From positions 1,280,001 to 1,344,000 of the forward strand of contig OY761611.1 of NCBI GenBank assembly GCA_963664875.1: a stretch of 64,000 bases of DNA, read 5' to 3'. The notes below the pieces were generated by a model. The model worked only from the letters and a program-made list of their open reading frames with translations. It ran no database searches and was not told the origin of the DNA. The DNA comes from Candidatus Kapaibacterium sp. GTDB taxonomy: Bacteria > Bacteroidota > Ignavibacteria > Kapaibacteriales > UBA2268. The translations under genes were made by a program, and so were the position numbers. Below are positions 51,811 through 62,474 of this stretch, one piece after another. Position 1 is the first letter of the stretch. Each line of letters opens with the position of its first letter.

Positions 51811-53343
51811 ATGATAGCTTTCCGTACGATTATAGCAGTATTCTGCACAATTTTTTTATTTCTGAATGCAAACGCTCAGGATACTATTCCTATTCAGGAT
51901 TCTGTGAGAAGCCTCCCCACTGTCAAGCTTTCCAAGACAGATGAGCTACGCAATGATATCAACGGACTATTAGAAAATCCCGACTTTGCTAATGCTTCTA
52001 TTGGTGTTTGCATCCAGTCTATTAAAACAGGTGAATATCTATATAAGTTCAATCATACTAAAAATTTTGTTCCTGCTTCTACATTGAAACTATTTACTAC
52101 CGGTGCAGGCTTGGAGTATTTGGGTAGTGATTTCCGATTTTACACGCGTTTGTTTTTGGACGGCTCTATTTCCGGTAATGGTGAATTTTCTGGTAACATA
52201 ATAATACAGGGTACAGGCGATCCGAGCTTATCGGCAGCTTACGATATCGATCCTCAGCTAATATTGGAGTCTTGGGCAGATGTGTTGGATTCCCTGAATA
52301 TTACTTCTATCAAGGGAAATATTCTTGGTGATGCCACATATCTTGATAATACCTACTACGCTCCTGGCTGGGCTTGGGATGATTTGCCAAGCGCTTACTC
52401 TGCTCAAATCAGTGCTCTTTCTTTTAATGATAATGTGATAGATATTACTGTAACACAAGGTGAATCCATTGGCTCGCCTGCTACTATTTCTGTTGCTCCT
52501 GACAATAATTATGTCAGAATTATAAATTACATCACTACGACTGACAACACCACACCCGAAGAAATGGTGGTAATCAAAGAGCCTGGCACTAACATAGTAG
52601 AGCTTTACGGAGCGGTCAATTATGATTCGGTTAGTACTCACACCCTTTCAAGAAGCGTAACGATAGACAATCCGGTATTATTTTTTTTGAATCAGTTTCA
52701 GTTAGCTTTAAAAACTAAGAATATAAGATTTCGGGGTGCCTTGCTGAGCAGTTTGGATTGGAATGACAAACTTGACTATTCATCAATGAAGCTGATTGCA
52801 GAGCATGCTTCACCTCCACTGAGTGAAATAATAAAAATTGTGAACAAAAACAGCTCCAATATCAGTGCTGAGTTGCTTTTGAAAATAGTTGGCAGAGAAT
52901 TTCGCGGGCTTGGAAGCACAAGTGCCGGAATAGATTGCGTGCATGATTTTTTAAAAAAGAAAAGCGTTTCGATAGCGAACAGCAGCATAGTAGATGGATC
53001 GGGACTTTCGCGGCTAAACCTTGTTTCGCCGAGATATTTGGTTAACTATTTGCTTGCAATGTACCGAAGCAAATATAAAGATATTTTTACGGCTTCGCTT
53101 GCAGAGCCAAACAAAGAAGGAACTTTAGCCAATCGTATGAAAATGTCGCTTGCAGAAAAGAAAGTGAAAGCAAAAACCGGTTCAATGAATCATATTTCGA
53201 ACATAGCAGGCTATGTCAGCACCCGGGACGGAGAGGAACTCGCTTTTGCAATAATGATAAACAACTACACAGTCCCACGCAGCTTAGCCGAAAACCTGCA
53301 AGATCTAATTTTGATGCGACTCGCCGGTTTTTCGAGGAAGTAA
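51811..53343 (+). CDS. dacB: D-Ala-D-Ala carboxypeptidase/endopeptidase PBP4 (peptidase S13)
   Basis: PASTLK (SxxK), SSN (SxN), DGSGLSR, AKTGS (KTG). Confidence 0.95.
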   Translation: MIAFRTIIAVFCTIFLFLNANAQDTIPIQDSVRSLPTVKLSKTDELRNDINGLLENPDFANASIGVCIQSIKTGEYLYKFNHTKNFVPASTLKLFTTGAGLEYLGSDFRFYTRLFLDGSISGNGEFSGNIIIQGTGDPSLSAAYDIDPQLILESWADVLDSLNITSIKGNILGDATYLDNTYYAPGWAWDDLPSAYSAQISALSFNDNVIDITVTQGESIGSPATISVAPDNNYVRIINYITTTDNTTPEEMVVIKEPGTNIVELYGAVNYDSVSTHTLSRSVTIDNPVLFFLNQFQLALKTKNIRFRGALLSSLDWNDKLDYSSMKLIAEHASPPLSEIIKIVNKNSSNISAELLLKIVGREFRGLGSTSAGIDCVHDFLKKKSVSIANSSIVDGSGLSRLNLVSPRYLVNYLLAMYRSKYKDIFTASLAEPNKEGTLANRMKMSLAEKKVKAKTGSMNHISNIAGYVSTRDGEELAFAIMINNYTVPRSLAENLQDLILMRLAGFSRK

Positions 53344-53470
53344 ATCTCATCACTGTTGGTTTATACAATTGGTGTTAGTTCGGCAGATTTGCTATGAGTA
53401 TAAGATATATAAATCTCGAAAAAATTTACTCCCATGGTAGTCTATGGTCTATTCCACCTAAAACCCAATT

Positions 53471-55798
53471 CTACCCAACAATGATTTTTTTGCTGATATT
53501 TCTATTTCCAATATATAGATTTAGATAATAAATCCCACTTGTAATGGTTTCGTCAATTTGTAAATCGATTTTAGTTGATGTCACTTTCAGGTTCTCCCAG
53601 CTGTTAACTACTATTCCCAAGTAGTTACACATTGTTATTCTATCCACTGTTTTTATCTTATCAGACAAATCAAGTGTTAATTTACCATTTGCCACAGGCA
53701 CAGGATAAACTCTGATATCTTTTGAAGTATCTTCGAAATAGTTATATTCAGAAACAGAAGTATATTTAGCAATATCATATATTAACAGAGCCGGAGTTAT
53801 TTCTTTCACTGCAAGATATTTATTGTCTGTGGACATATCCGCTACACATATGGAGCCATTGAAATCATCTTGATATGGTATATAATTTTGTAAATCCATT
53901 ATAATGTTATCACTTAGCTTCTCAAGTATTTTAATCTGTCGATTACTACTATTCAAGAGTAAATAATTATTATCTTTTGAAGATAAAACAGAATTATAAT
54001 AATTAGGACTAGGTGTTATAAGTTGATTATTCTGCTTGTCATTTATACTTACCTTATATATATAATCATCATCTGCATAATATAAATATTGATCCGTTAG
54101 ACTATAAGTAAAAGGTAACATATTTATAGACTTGCTCTTTCCACATGAACGTAACTTATATTCGACATCGTCTCCCAATTCATATATATCATAGTACCAT
54201 TCTGATTTGTATTTCATAACTAATAATAATTCTGTATCTGAAATCATTTCTACATAGTTGAATATTTTATTTACATGAAGCAAATGCTCAACATCGTTCT
54301 TAATAGTTATTATTCTGATTGTAGAATCAGAAGCGGCTATGACTAATTTCGTACAATCCTGATTCATTTTAGTATAAGTAATAGATGAGTTGTTTTTGGT
54401 ACTGAATGATTTATAAAGAGTTAAATCATCAGAATTGTATAAATTGACTTTATTTGTGTCTTCTATCACTACAATATACTTATCATCATTGCTAATACTA
54501 ATTTTATCATAAATATTATTGTACTCTAGTTTGTTCCAGTTAAGATAATTGCAAATAGAATCTTTGTCTGTATCATATACAATTATTTGGTTATAATCCC
54601 TATAATCGTCATTATTAGTAATACCAAGAAGAATTTTTTGTGCATTATGATTAAAATATTTTAGAACCTCTATCTCTCCATAAGGTAATGATAAACATCT
54701 GGTTGTTTTGTTTTCTAAATCATATTCTTTAGCAATTATCGGAGTTAAATAAGTCATCTTATTAGCTCCAGTAAAAAAATACTTGAGTGGATTGTAATCT
54801 TCTGTCATTGATAAATCTAGAGAGAATACTTCAGTGGATTGCAAAGTTCCGTCTGTCAGAGAAATGATTCTAATTTTATTATTATCTGTTAGATACATAA
54901 GTTTCTTTTTATCAACACTTATACTAACACTAGTCTCATAATTCATATCGAGTGTCCTGGCTAAAAGCTTCATACTAGATGCATCAAACAATCCTACACC
55001 AATATCTGTACTAAATTCACTTTTTAGAATATTAGAAATTAGAATTCCCTTGTCAAGGTATATTATTTCAGAACTTGTCATTGGAACCACATCATGTGGC
55101 AAGATTTTCTCTTTAAGCAAATGCCCATCGGAATTCCAAAAGCATACTTTGTCAATATATTCTTGCTCTTTGTATCCAGAATGCAAAGAAATAAAGCCAT
55201 TCGTAGTGTTATCAATAGAGTATATTATATCATTCGTATATTCTTTTTTCCACAGTAACTTACCAGTACTAAATGAGTGACAATATATTGTTTTTGAATC
55301 TCTGTCCATATTACTTATTCTAGAAATAGTAATATATTTATCCTGATCTAGAAATTTAATTTGTTTCACACCTTGTTTGAAATCTTCTAAAAGTAATGGG
55401 TCTAAGAAATACTTCCCCTCTAAATCCCATTTTAACAGATAATCATTGCAATTAGAATCCCAAGCAAATATGCATAAGTATTTATTATTCAAGCTAAAAA
55501 AGATTGCATCTATACTGAATTCCAAATCTTTATAATTTAAATCGTATAATAAATAGTCAAATTTATTTTCCTCTAAGTTGTAAATATAAACAGTAGAGTA
55601 TAAACCATTATTTTTAAAAGCAGAGCCTATAAAAGCATATTTGTAATCACTACTGACTCCATAATTATGCGTATAGTAATATTCATATACTCTTTTATCG
55701 GGCTCAAAAATTGGTTTTACAAGTTTCAACTCTTGTGAAAATGATAACAGTGGAAAAAACACTGCCATTAAGATAATATTTGATATTCTGCGAATCAT
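53471..55798 (-). CDS. Secreted WD40-like beta-propeller protein with T9SS type A sorting domain
   Basis: Signal peptide, repeated blades (FSLNNKYL, ISNDDKYI, MSTDNKYL), VYPVP...SGIYYL...KKIIVG; visibly more AT-rich than its flanks. Confidence 0.75.
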   Translation of the reverse strand: MIRRISNIILMAVFFPLLSFSQELKLVKPIFEPDKRVYEYYYTHNYGVSSDYKYAFIGSAFKNNGLYSTVYIYNLEENKFDYLLYDLNYKDLEFSIDAIFFSLNNKYLCIFAWDSNCNDYLLKWDLEGKYFLDPLLLEDFKQGVKQIKFLDQDKYITISRISNMDRDSKTIYCHSFSTGKLLWKKEYTNDIIYSIDNTTNGFISLHSGYKEQEYIDKVCFWNSDGHLLKEKILPHDVVPMTSSEIIYLDKGILISNILKSEFSTDIGVGLFDASSMKLLARTLDMNYETSVSISVDKKKLMYLTDNNKIRIISLTDGTLQSTEVFSLDLSMTEDYNPLKYFFTGANKMTYLTPIIAKEYDLENKTTRCLSLPYGEIEVLKYFNHNAQKILLGITNNDDYRDYNQIIVYDTDKDSICNYLNWNKLEYNNIYDKISISNDDKYIVVIEDTNKVNLYNSDDLTLYKSFSTKNNSSITYTKMNQDCTKLVIAASDSTIRIITIKNDVEHLLHVNKIFNYVEMISDTELLLVMKYKSEWYYDIYELGDDVEYKLRSCGKSKSINMLPFTYSLTDQYLYYADDDYIYKVSINDKQNNQLITPSPNYYNSVLSSKDNNYLLLNSSNRQIKILEKLSDNIIMDLQNYIPYQDDFNGSICVADMSTDNKYLAVKEITPALLIYDIAKYTSVSEYNYFEDTSKDIRVYPVPVANGKLTLDLSDKIKTVDRITMCNYLGIVVNSWENLKVTSTKIDLQIDETITSGIYYLNLYIGNRNISKKIIVG

Positions 55799-55909
55799 TT
55801 AATTATATCCAAAATGTATATACTTTGATATTTTATAGAGTTACTTTATGTACAATACAAATATACTAAAGATTTATACAATCAGGTTAGTTTCTTAATT
55901 TTAAGATAT

Positions 55910-56000
55910 CTCCCTTACTCAAACCCCCTCAACCGCATAATAGTTATGCTCCATCTCAATCTCTTTGAACTTCAAGCCCAGTTTTTTGAATACCACTTTT
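55910..56000 (-). repeat. Inverted copy of the 3' end of the CPBP gene (copy 1)
   Basis: Reverse complement matches 62317..62407 with 7 mismatches in 91 nt; encodes VVFKKLGLKFKEIEMEHNYYAVEGV*. Confidence 0.93.
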
Positions 56001-56179
56001 ACTGTGAGTGTGCCTCAGTTGCTTAAAAAAAATGCAAATTGTATCTCGCGATATATGAAATACCTAATTCAAAAGCCCGCTTTACTTTTTGCAACTTTAT
56101 TTTGTATAATTGTGAGACCTATTTCTTAATTTTGTGTCTCTTTCTTTATATGCTTTTAACAAAATTGATTCGGTGTTTT

Positions 56180-59100
56180 ATGAAATATCTTTTTACTTTT
56201 TTGTTTATGTTTTCTCTTACTCTTACCTACTCCTCTGAAATAGTTATTAATGAGGTGTCTTCCATCAATAGCAGTGCGTGGGTGGACGAAAATTACGAGG
56301 CACCGGACTGGATAGAGCTTAAGAATATCAGCTCGAAAGCTATTAACCTAAATGGATATCGTATCTCAGACAAAGATAACTTTTCTAAAGCTTGGGTACT
56401 GCCGGATACTTCGCTCCTTCCCGGAGAGCTGTTGGTAATTTCTGCTTCAGATGCCGCCACTAATTCATCAGGCAAATATGTTGTAGAAACGGATGGTATT
56501 GGCATTGTGCCGGGAAATGACGAAGATGGCTTTACTTATTATTATATGCCTGTTTCGGGGGACTTTGTTGCCGAGTTTGACTTTTCTTCTATGCGAAATG
56601 TCGGTACATTTGGAGCTGCCGGTATTACTTTCAAAGAAGAACTTACCGAAGAATCAAAATATTTTGGTGTTTACAATCTGAGAGAGGATAGGACTACCTA
56701 TGGCTTGATGAGAAGAACTCAGATAGAAAAGGGAACTGAAGTGGATTACTCTTATCATCATAGCGTCAATCCATGGGGTAGAGTCAGATTAGAACGTAAA
56801 GGCAACACTATTATCGGTTATGATATCGAAAACGGGTTTGAATGGAAAGAATTTGCAAGATTTGAAGCTAATTTCAATAATTCAGGTTACATAGGATTAG
56901 GCTTTTCTTCTGCGAAATACGACCGTGTAGGGAAATTTACATTCTCTTATTTGAAGATAAACGATGAAATGATAAATATTGAAAAGCTTAGTAAAATTGA
57001 TATCAACATCAACAAGCCTTCAAAAATGTATATATCCAATGAAATACATACCAATTTCAAACTATCAAGAAGCGGCGAGACTCTGACTTTATGGGATGTG
57101 GATGGCGAAATAGAGCATCAGCTCGTAGTGCCTGCTCAAAATGTCGATATATCTTACGTCAGAAATGAAAATGGAGAAATGTTACTGTCTTATCCTGCTA
57201 CTCCGGGTTTTGAGAATAATAATTTTTATTCCGGTAGATGCCAATTGCCAACGGCTTCTCCCGATGGTGGCTTTTTCGAGTCAATGGTCGCAGTAACTTT
57301 GGACAAAAACGACGGTGACGTTATTTACTACACTCTTGATGGTAGTGAGCCAACAGAAAATTCAAAAAAATATACCTTGCCTTTTGCAATTGAAAGGACT
57401 GCAGTGCTTAGAGCAAAGACCTTTTCTTCTAAGAATCTACCAAGCAAAACTTTAACTCGAACATTTTTTATTGGGTCTGAGTATTCGCTACCTTGCATAT
57501 CTATAGCAACTGATTCATTAAATTTATGGCACAAAGATACCGGTCTTTTTATAGATAAAAATATTTATTGGGAAAATGACAAACCCGGTCATTTTGAAAT
57601 TTGGTCTCCTGAAGGTAAGCTCGAGATGCATTCTGACGGCACAATGAGATTACACGGACAAAAGTCCAGAACATTTGCTCAGAAGTCTTTGCGGTTTCAT
57701 GCAAATGCAATATCTGACAGTACCGAATATACCCACCCTTTCTTCGGCAATGAGTCCTACGAAAGCTATGAAAAAATTCTATTTAGAAACGGTGGCACCG
57801 GCTGGTGGAGCGCTATACTAACCGACGGATTTGTTGCTACCATTCTAAAAGATATACCTTCTGTGATAGTTGGTAACTATAGAGCCGGAGTTTCATATCT
57901 GAATGGAAAATACTACGGTATTATGAATATACGAGAAAAAGTTGACGAGGACTTGATAGCTCAGAAATATGGAATATCTGCAGAATCCATCAATTTTGTC
58001 GAAGACGAATTTGGTGCCGGAAATGGAGTTGCAACCGACTTTTTTAATGACTACACAGCCATTATGAATATGGACATGACAGAAGAAAATGCCTTCAAAT
58101 TTGTTTCCGAAAACTTTGATCTCGATAATTTATATGACTATTTATCTTCTCAAATTTTTATTTGCAACATCGATTGGCCTTGGAAAAATGTAAAATACTG
58201 GTCAAGTAGCGAGCTTGACAGTAAATGGAGATTCATTCCTCACGACATGGATTATTCTTTTGGGTGCTCTGCTGCCTTTTGGGAATTTGACATTTTTACT
58301 TTGCTGGAAGAAGATAAGATGTTTCCCAATTTTTTCACTAAGCTATGGGAAAACACTCGCTTAAAAGAGGAGTTTATCAACCGACTTTGCGATTTGATGA
58401 ATTCAAAATTCTTAGAAGAAAATACGCGTCCCCTGCTGGATACATTTGCAAAACAAATAGAGCCTTACATCTCTTTACAGCAAACAACTTATTCTGAATC
58501 TGCAAAAGAATGGCATTACTCTATGGATAAAATGAGAGCATTTGCTGAGAGAAGAGCCTACAGATTGAAAGAACACATGACTGCATATTTTAACTGTGGT
58601 GATTCTGCATTGGTAAATGTAAGCGTAAACAACAATGCTGCCGGCTATGTCAGATTGAATTCCCTCATTATTAACTCTTTCCCATGGGATGGATTTTATT
58701 TTCAAGATGTTCCTATTACGATAGAAGCAGTAGCCAATCCGGGAAGTCGGTTTGTGCGGTGGAGCGACCCGCAATACGGTACAAACCCAAAAATTAGCTT
58801 CAAACCATCAGCGGTAAATAATCTTGTTGCCATTTTTGACGATGACTCCGAATCGTTTGATATAGTTATAAATGAGATAATGTATAAAGCCGCCGAGTCT
58901 GAAGATACAGGAGACTGGATTGAGCTTTACAATCCTTCGCCTGAAAGTAAAGACCTTTCGTTTTGGGTATTGAAAGATTCCTCTCCTGACAATGTTTTTA
59001 CATTCCCTCAGGGTACGGTCATTGAAGCGGAATCTTATTTGGTAATCACAAGGAAAGGTAAAGACTTTGAGAAATACCACCCGGATGTTGATTACATTGA

Positions 59101-59581
59101 TGAACTTGGTTTTGGATTGAGTGAAGAAGATGCTGTAAAATTGTATAATCACGCAGATGAATTGATTGATTCTGTTCAATACACCGCCAAAAATCCGTGG
59201 CCTTCAAGCTCGAACGGAACAGGCTTGTCAATAGAACTCAAAAATGCAAAATTAGACAACAGCTTAGGGCAGAACTGGTACGCCTCACTCATAGTCAGAG
59301 GAACTCCGGGAAAGAAAAATTCTGTTGATACTGCTGTACCTTCACCTGAAAAATTACAAATAGAAGTTTTTCCAAACCCAACGAGCTCATATTTATTTAT
59401 CAGAACTGACTACCAAGAATTTGAATATAAGATTGTAGATGCTCTCGGATCAGTCAAATCAGTTGGGAAAGCTAACTATACAGTTGCTTTATCTTGTCTT
59501 GACTTACCAAATGGCAGGTACTTAATTGAAATTTTAATGCAGGATAAAACAGAAACAATTCCGTTTCTAATTGTCAGATAA
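56180..59581 (+). CDS. CotH-kinase-like protein with lamin-tail domains, chitobiase/Fn3-like domain and T9SS sorting domain
   Basis: IVINEV...DWIEL (twice), IYYTLDGSEP, LNGKYYGIMNIRE, NIDWPWKN, WRFIPHDMD, VFPNP...NGRYLI; ATG start 56180 (ORF track 56039). Confidence 0.87.
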   Translation: MKYLFTFLFMFSLTLTYSSEIVINEVSSINSSAWVDENYEAPDWIELKNISSKAINLNGYRISDKDNFSKAWVLPDTSLLPGELLVISASDAATNSSGKYVVETDGIGIVPGNDEDGFTYYYMPVSGDFVAEFDFSSMRNVGTFGAAGITFKEELTEESKYFGVYNLREDRTTYGLMRRTQIEKGTEVDYSYHHSVNPWGRVRLERKGNTIIGYDIENGFEWKEFARFEANFNNSGYIGLGFSSAKYDRVGKFTFSYLKINDEMINIEKLSKIDININKPSKMYISNEIHTNFKLSRSGETLTLWDVDGEIEHQLVVPAQNVDISYVRNENGEMLLSYPATPGFENNNFYSGRCQLPTASPDGGFFESMVAVTLDKNDGDVIYYTLDGSEPTENSKKYTLPFAIERTAVLRAKTFSSKNLPSKTLTRTFFIGSEYSLPCISIATDSLNLWHKDTGLFIDKNIYWENDKPGHFEIWSPEGKLEMHSDGTMRLHGQKSRTFAQKSLRFHANAISDSTEYTHPFFGNESYESYEKILFRNGGTGWWSAILTDGFVATILKDIPSVIVGNYRAGVSYLNGKYYGIMNIREKVDEDLIAQKYGISAESINFVEDEFGAGNGVATDFFNDYTAIMNMDMTEENAFKFVSENFDLDNLYDYLSSQIFICNIDWPWKNVKYWSSSELDSKWRFIPHDMDYSFGCSAAFWEFDIFTLLEEDKMFPNFFTKLWENTRLKEEFINRLCDLMNSKFLEENTRPLLDTFAKQIEPYISLQQTTYSESAKEWHYSMDKMRAFAERRAYRLKEHMTAYFNCGDSALVNVSVNNNAAGYVRLNSLIINSFPWDGFYFQDVPITIEAVANPGSRFVRWSDPQYGTNPKISFKPSAVNNLVAIFDDDSESFDIVINEIMYKAAESEDTGDWIELYNPSPESKDLSFWVLKDSSPDNVFTFPQGTVIEAESYLVITRKGKDFEKYHPDVDYIDELGFGLSEEDAVKLYNHADELIDSVQYTAKNPWPSSSNGTGLSIELKNAKLDNSLGQNWYASLIVRGTPGKKNSVDTAVPSPEKLQIEVFPNPTSSYLFIRTDYQEFEYKIVDALGSVKSVGKANYTVALSCLDLPNGRYLIEILMQDKTETIPFLIVR

Positions 59582-59607
59582 AAACAAAGATATTTGATGC
59601 AGACCCA

Positions 59608-60867
59608 TTAATCCAAAGGGTCTGCATCTTCAAATTTATAGATAATGTCGTTCCTGCGTACTTTATCCGGCACCTTAATTGCAAAAATATTACCTTTTTC
59701 AGCTTTGGCAACTCCACCACTATCCAGATGAATCTCGCTTACAACTGTTTTGATTGTGCCGGTAGTCGGACCTATAATTATAACTTCATCTCCTATATTT
59801 AGCTCGCCTGCCTGCAATAAAAATTCAGCTACTCCCAAATTGCTGAAATAATTTGTGCATTTTCCGAGATGAGCTTTTTTCTTAGTTGCCTGCGAACCGT
59901 AGATTTTACTCCATTCACCCATCTTTCTGCCAAGATAGTAACCATCCCAAAAACCTCTGTTAAATACAGTTTTGAGCTGTTCTTCCTGCTGTTTTATAAA
60001 CTCCGGAGTATAGCTGCCCTCGAGAATTGCATTGAGAGCAGAATTGTAAGCTCTTGTTACTGTATCGACATATTCAGGAGATCTGCCTCTGCCTTCAATT
60101 TTGAGGACTCTTGCTCCTGACAAAAGAATCTTATCCAAAAATCCGATAGTGCATAAATCTTTTGGAGACATTATGTATTCATTGTCAATCTCAAGCTGGT
60201 AGCCGCTTTCCTGTTCGGTAACTGTATAAGCTTTGCGACAAGTCTGCAGGCATGCACCTCTGTTTGCAGAAGCGTTTTGCTCGTGCAGGCTTAAATAACA
60301 TTTCCCTGAAACAGCCATACACAAGGCACCATGCACAAACATTTCAATCTTTACCGGCTTGCCGGATGGCCCGCAGATATTCTCTTCTGCGATTGCTCGG
60401 GTAATTTCTCTAACCTGCTTCAGATTAAGTTCGCGAGCGAGCACAATCACGTCAGCAAAGTTTGCATAAAACTTTACAGCTTCGATGTTGCTCACATTGC
60501 ACTGAGTAGAAAGGTGTAGCTCTACGCCTGCTGCATGAGTAGCATTTATCACAGCCATGTCAGCTGCTATAATAGCCGAAATTCCGCTTTCTTTTGCCAT
60601 AGCAACTACATCTTTCACAGAAGCTACGTTTTTATCATAAATCACTGTATTTACAGTAAGATAAGACTTTACATTGTTGTCGTTGCAAATCTGAGCAATC
60701 TCTTTCAAATCAGTCAACGAGAAGTTGATGCTTGATTTTGCACGCATATTGAGATGCCCTGCACCAAAATAAACCGAGTCCGCCCCTGCATTAATAGCAG
60801 AATGCAGCGCAGCAAAGGAGCCGGCAGGTGCCATAATCTCTATATCTTTTCTATTTATATCCATCAA
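59608..60867 (-). CDS. Peptidase U32 family protein
   Basis: EIMAPAG, GADSVYFG, EMFVHGALCMAVSGKC, NRGACLQTCR, LKIEGR. Confidence 0.93.
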   Translation of the reverse strand: MMDINRKDIEIMAPAGSFAALHSAINAGADSVYFGAGHLNMRAKSSINFSLTDLKEIAQICNDNNVKSYLTVNTVIYDKNVASVKDVVAMAKESGISAIIAADMAVINATHAAGVELHLSTQCNVSNIEAVKFYANFADVIVLARELNLKQVREITRAIAEENICGPSGKPVKIEMFVHGALCMAVSGKCYLSLHEQNASANRGACLQTCRKAYTVTEQESGYQLEIDNEYIMSPKDLCTIGFLDKILLSGARVLKIEGRGRSPEYVDTVTRAYNSALNAILEGSYTPEFIKQQEEQLKTVFNRGFWDGYYLGRKMGEWSKIYGSQATKKKAHLGKCTNYFSNLGVAEFLLQAGELNIGDEVIIIGPTTGTIKTVVSEIHLDSGGVAKAEKGNIFAIKVPDKVRRNDIIYKFEDADPLD

Positions 60868-61081
60868 TATTTACCAAGTATATAAGATAAAATCTTACAA
60901 AAATAATGCTTTTATCCCTTATTTCCTAAGGAGTTGTGAGACTTGACGTGCAATTCTCGGAAATTATAGCTTTAAATATAAAATATTTTTATATATTACA
61001 ATGTATTAAATATGTACTATGATATAATAATTGAAATATTCAGTGTTATTATTGCAATAATATTAAATCTTCGAGGCTAAT

Positions 61082-62398
61082 ATGTCAAATTTCAAAGCTA
61101 TTCAAACAGAATTAATCGAATTTTATAAAGCACCGAAAGAAATTGATCAATCAGATGAAGGTTTCGGTACAAAACTAAACTTTTGGTTCAAGATACTTAC
61201 TATAGACTTTCTTTTCTCTTTTGTGATAACTGTTGTCATGTCAATTGTTTCTGAACTTGGGCTGTTTGACGCAGAAAATCATGAAGTAATGGAAATGATG
61301 AAAAGCATGACTCCTATAGGATTTATGTTTACAGCAGTAATATTGTTGCCATTTATTGAGGAAGTGATATTCCGTTTGCCGCTGAGATACAAATCGAATA
61401 TTATTCTCAGAGGAGTAGAGTGGTTTTCTGTCATCTTTGGTAAAAAGGTAAAAATAGAAGTGAGAAGTGCATTCGAGTCGATTTATGCAAAATACTTTAA
61501 GATACTTTTCTACACATTTGCTATATTCTTTGCACTATTGCATATTATGAATTACCAATTTTCATTGAGCGTGCTATTGCTTTTTCCACTGCTGATTTTG
61601 CCGCAGCTTTTGTTTGGAATGTTTGGTGGCTTTGTTCGATTGAAACTTGGATTTTTTTGGGGAGCCTGTCTGCATTTTGCTCATAATCTGATTTTTCTTT
61701 CCGTGCCTTTGATAATGATGATGAGTGACAAGGAAGGCATTTTCGAAAATGATGATTTCCAAACTTTTCATCATTCAACTGAGAATGTTAGCATACAAAT
61801 TGAAGAAACCGGTATTGGATTTTTCGGGAACAAACATGCCCAATTTTCAGCTGATTCACTTAGTTTCGAGGCCTACGGCATGAATGATATTATTAGTATG
61901 CTTTTGGATGTAAATCAAGAACTTATAAAGTTTGAGGGAGCCCCTTACTCGCAAAATCTTCGTTTGGACTGCAAAGCTAAAGTTCTGAAAGATTCTGTAG
62001 ATATAAACAAGGAATTACTTGCCCTACTTCAATCGCATTATCGTTTCAAAATCAGTCAGAAAACATCAGTGAAAAAAGGTCTGGAATTATATGTTGCGGA
62101 TACAGTCAAATTCACACAAAATACAAAAGCAGAAATCAACGATGATTACAGTACACATGCTTACACTTCTTTCAATAAAATAACTATGAGCAATGTAAAT
62201 ATTAAAGACCTTGCAGAATCTCTAAGCACAAACCTGAATCTACCGGTTAGCTTCAAAGGAAGGAGCAAGCGAAGAATAGACATCAGCTACAAGACCGGAA
62301 GCACTGATGAAATTAAAAAAGTGCTATTCGAAAAACTGGGCTTGAAGTTCAAAGAGATTGAATTGGAGCATAGCTATTATACAGTTGAGGGGGTTTGA
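61082..62398 (+). CDS. CPBP (CAAX/Abi) intramembrane glutamic protease fused to a DUF3738/TIGR03435-like domain
   Basis: PFIEEVIFR, FALLH, HFAHN motifs within TM helices; soluble C-terminus ending LFEKLGLKF. Confidence 0.8.
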   Translation: MSNFKAIQTELIEFYKAPKEIDQSDEGFGTKLNFWFKILTIDFLFSFVITVVMSIVSELGLFDAENHEVMEMMKSMTPIGFMFTAVILLPFIEEVIFRLPLRYKSNIILRGVEWFSVIFGKKVKIEVRSAFESIYAKYFKILFYTFAIFFALLHIMNYQFSLSVLLLFPLLILPQLLFGMFGGFVRLKLGFFWGACLHFAHNLIFLSVPLIMMMSDKEGIFENDDFQTFHHSTENVSIQIEETGIGFFGNKHAQFSADSLSFEAYGMNDIISMLLDVNQELIKFEGAPYSQNLRLDCKAKVLKDSVDINKELLALLQSHYRFKISQKTSVKKGLELYVADTVKFTQNTKAEINDDYSTHAYTSFNKITMSNVNIKDLAESLSTNLNLPVSFKGRSKRRIDISYKTGSTDEIKKVLFEKLGLKFKEIELEHSYYTVEGV

Positions 62399-62407
62399 GT
62401 AAGGGAG
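62317..62407 (+). repeat. 3' end of CPBP gene (repeat copy 2)
   Basis: Shared with 55910..56000 (inverted) and 63400..63474 (direct). Confidence 0.93.
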
Positions 62408-62474
62408 TAAGTTTTTTTAAAATATTAATTTTATTGTCTATAATCATAATCTCGCAACACAAAGGAAACACACT

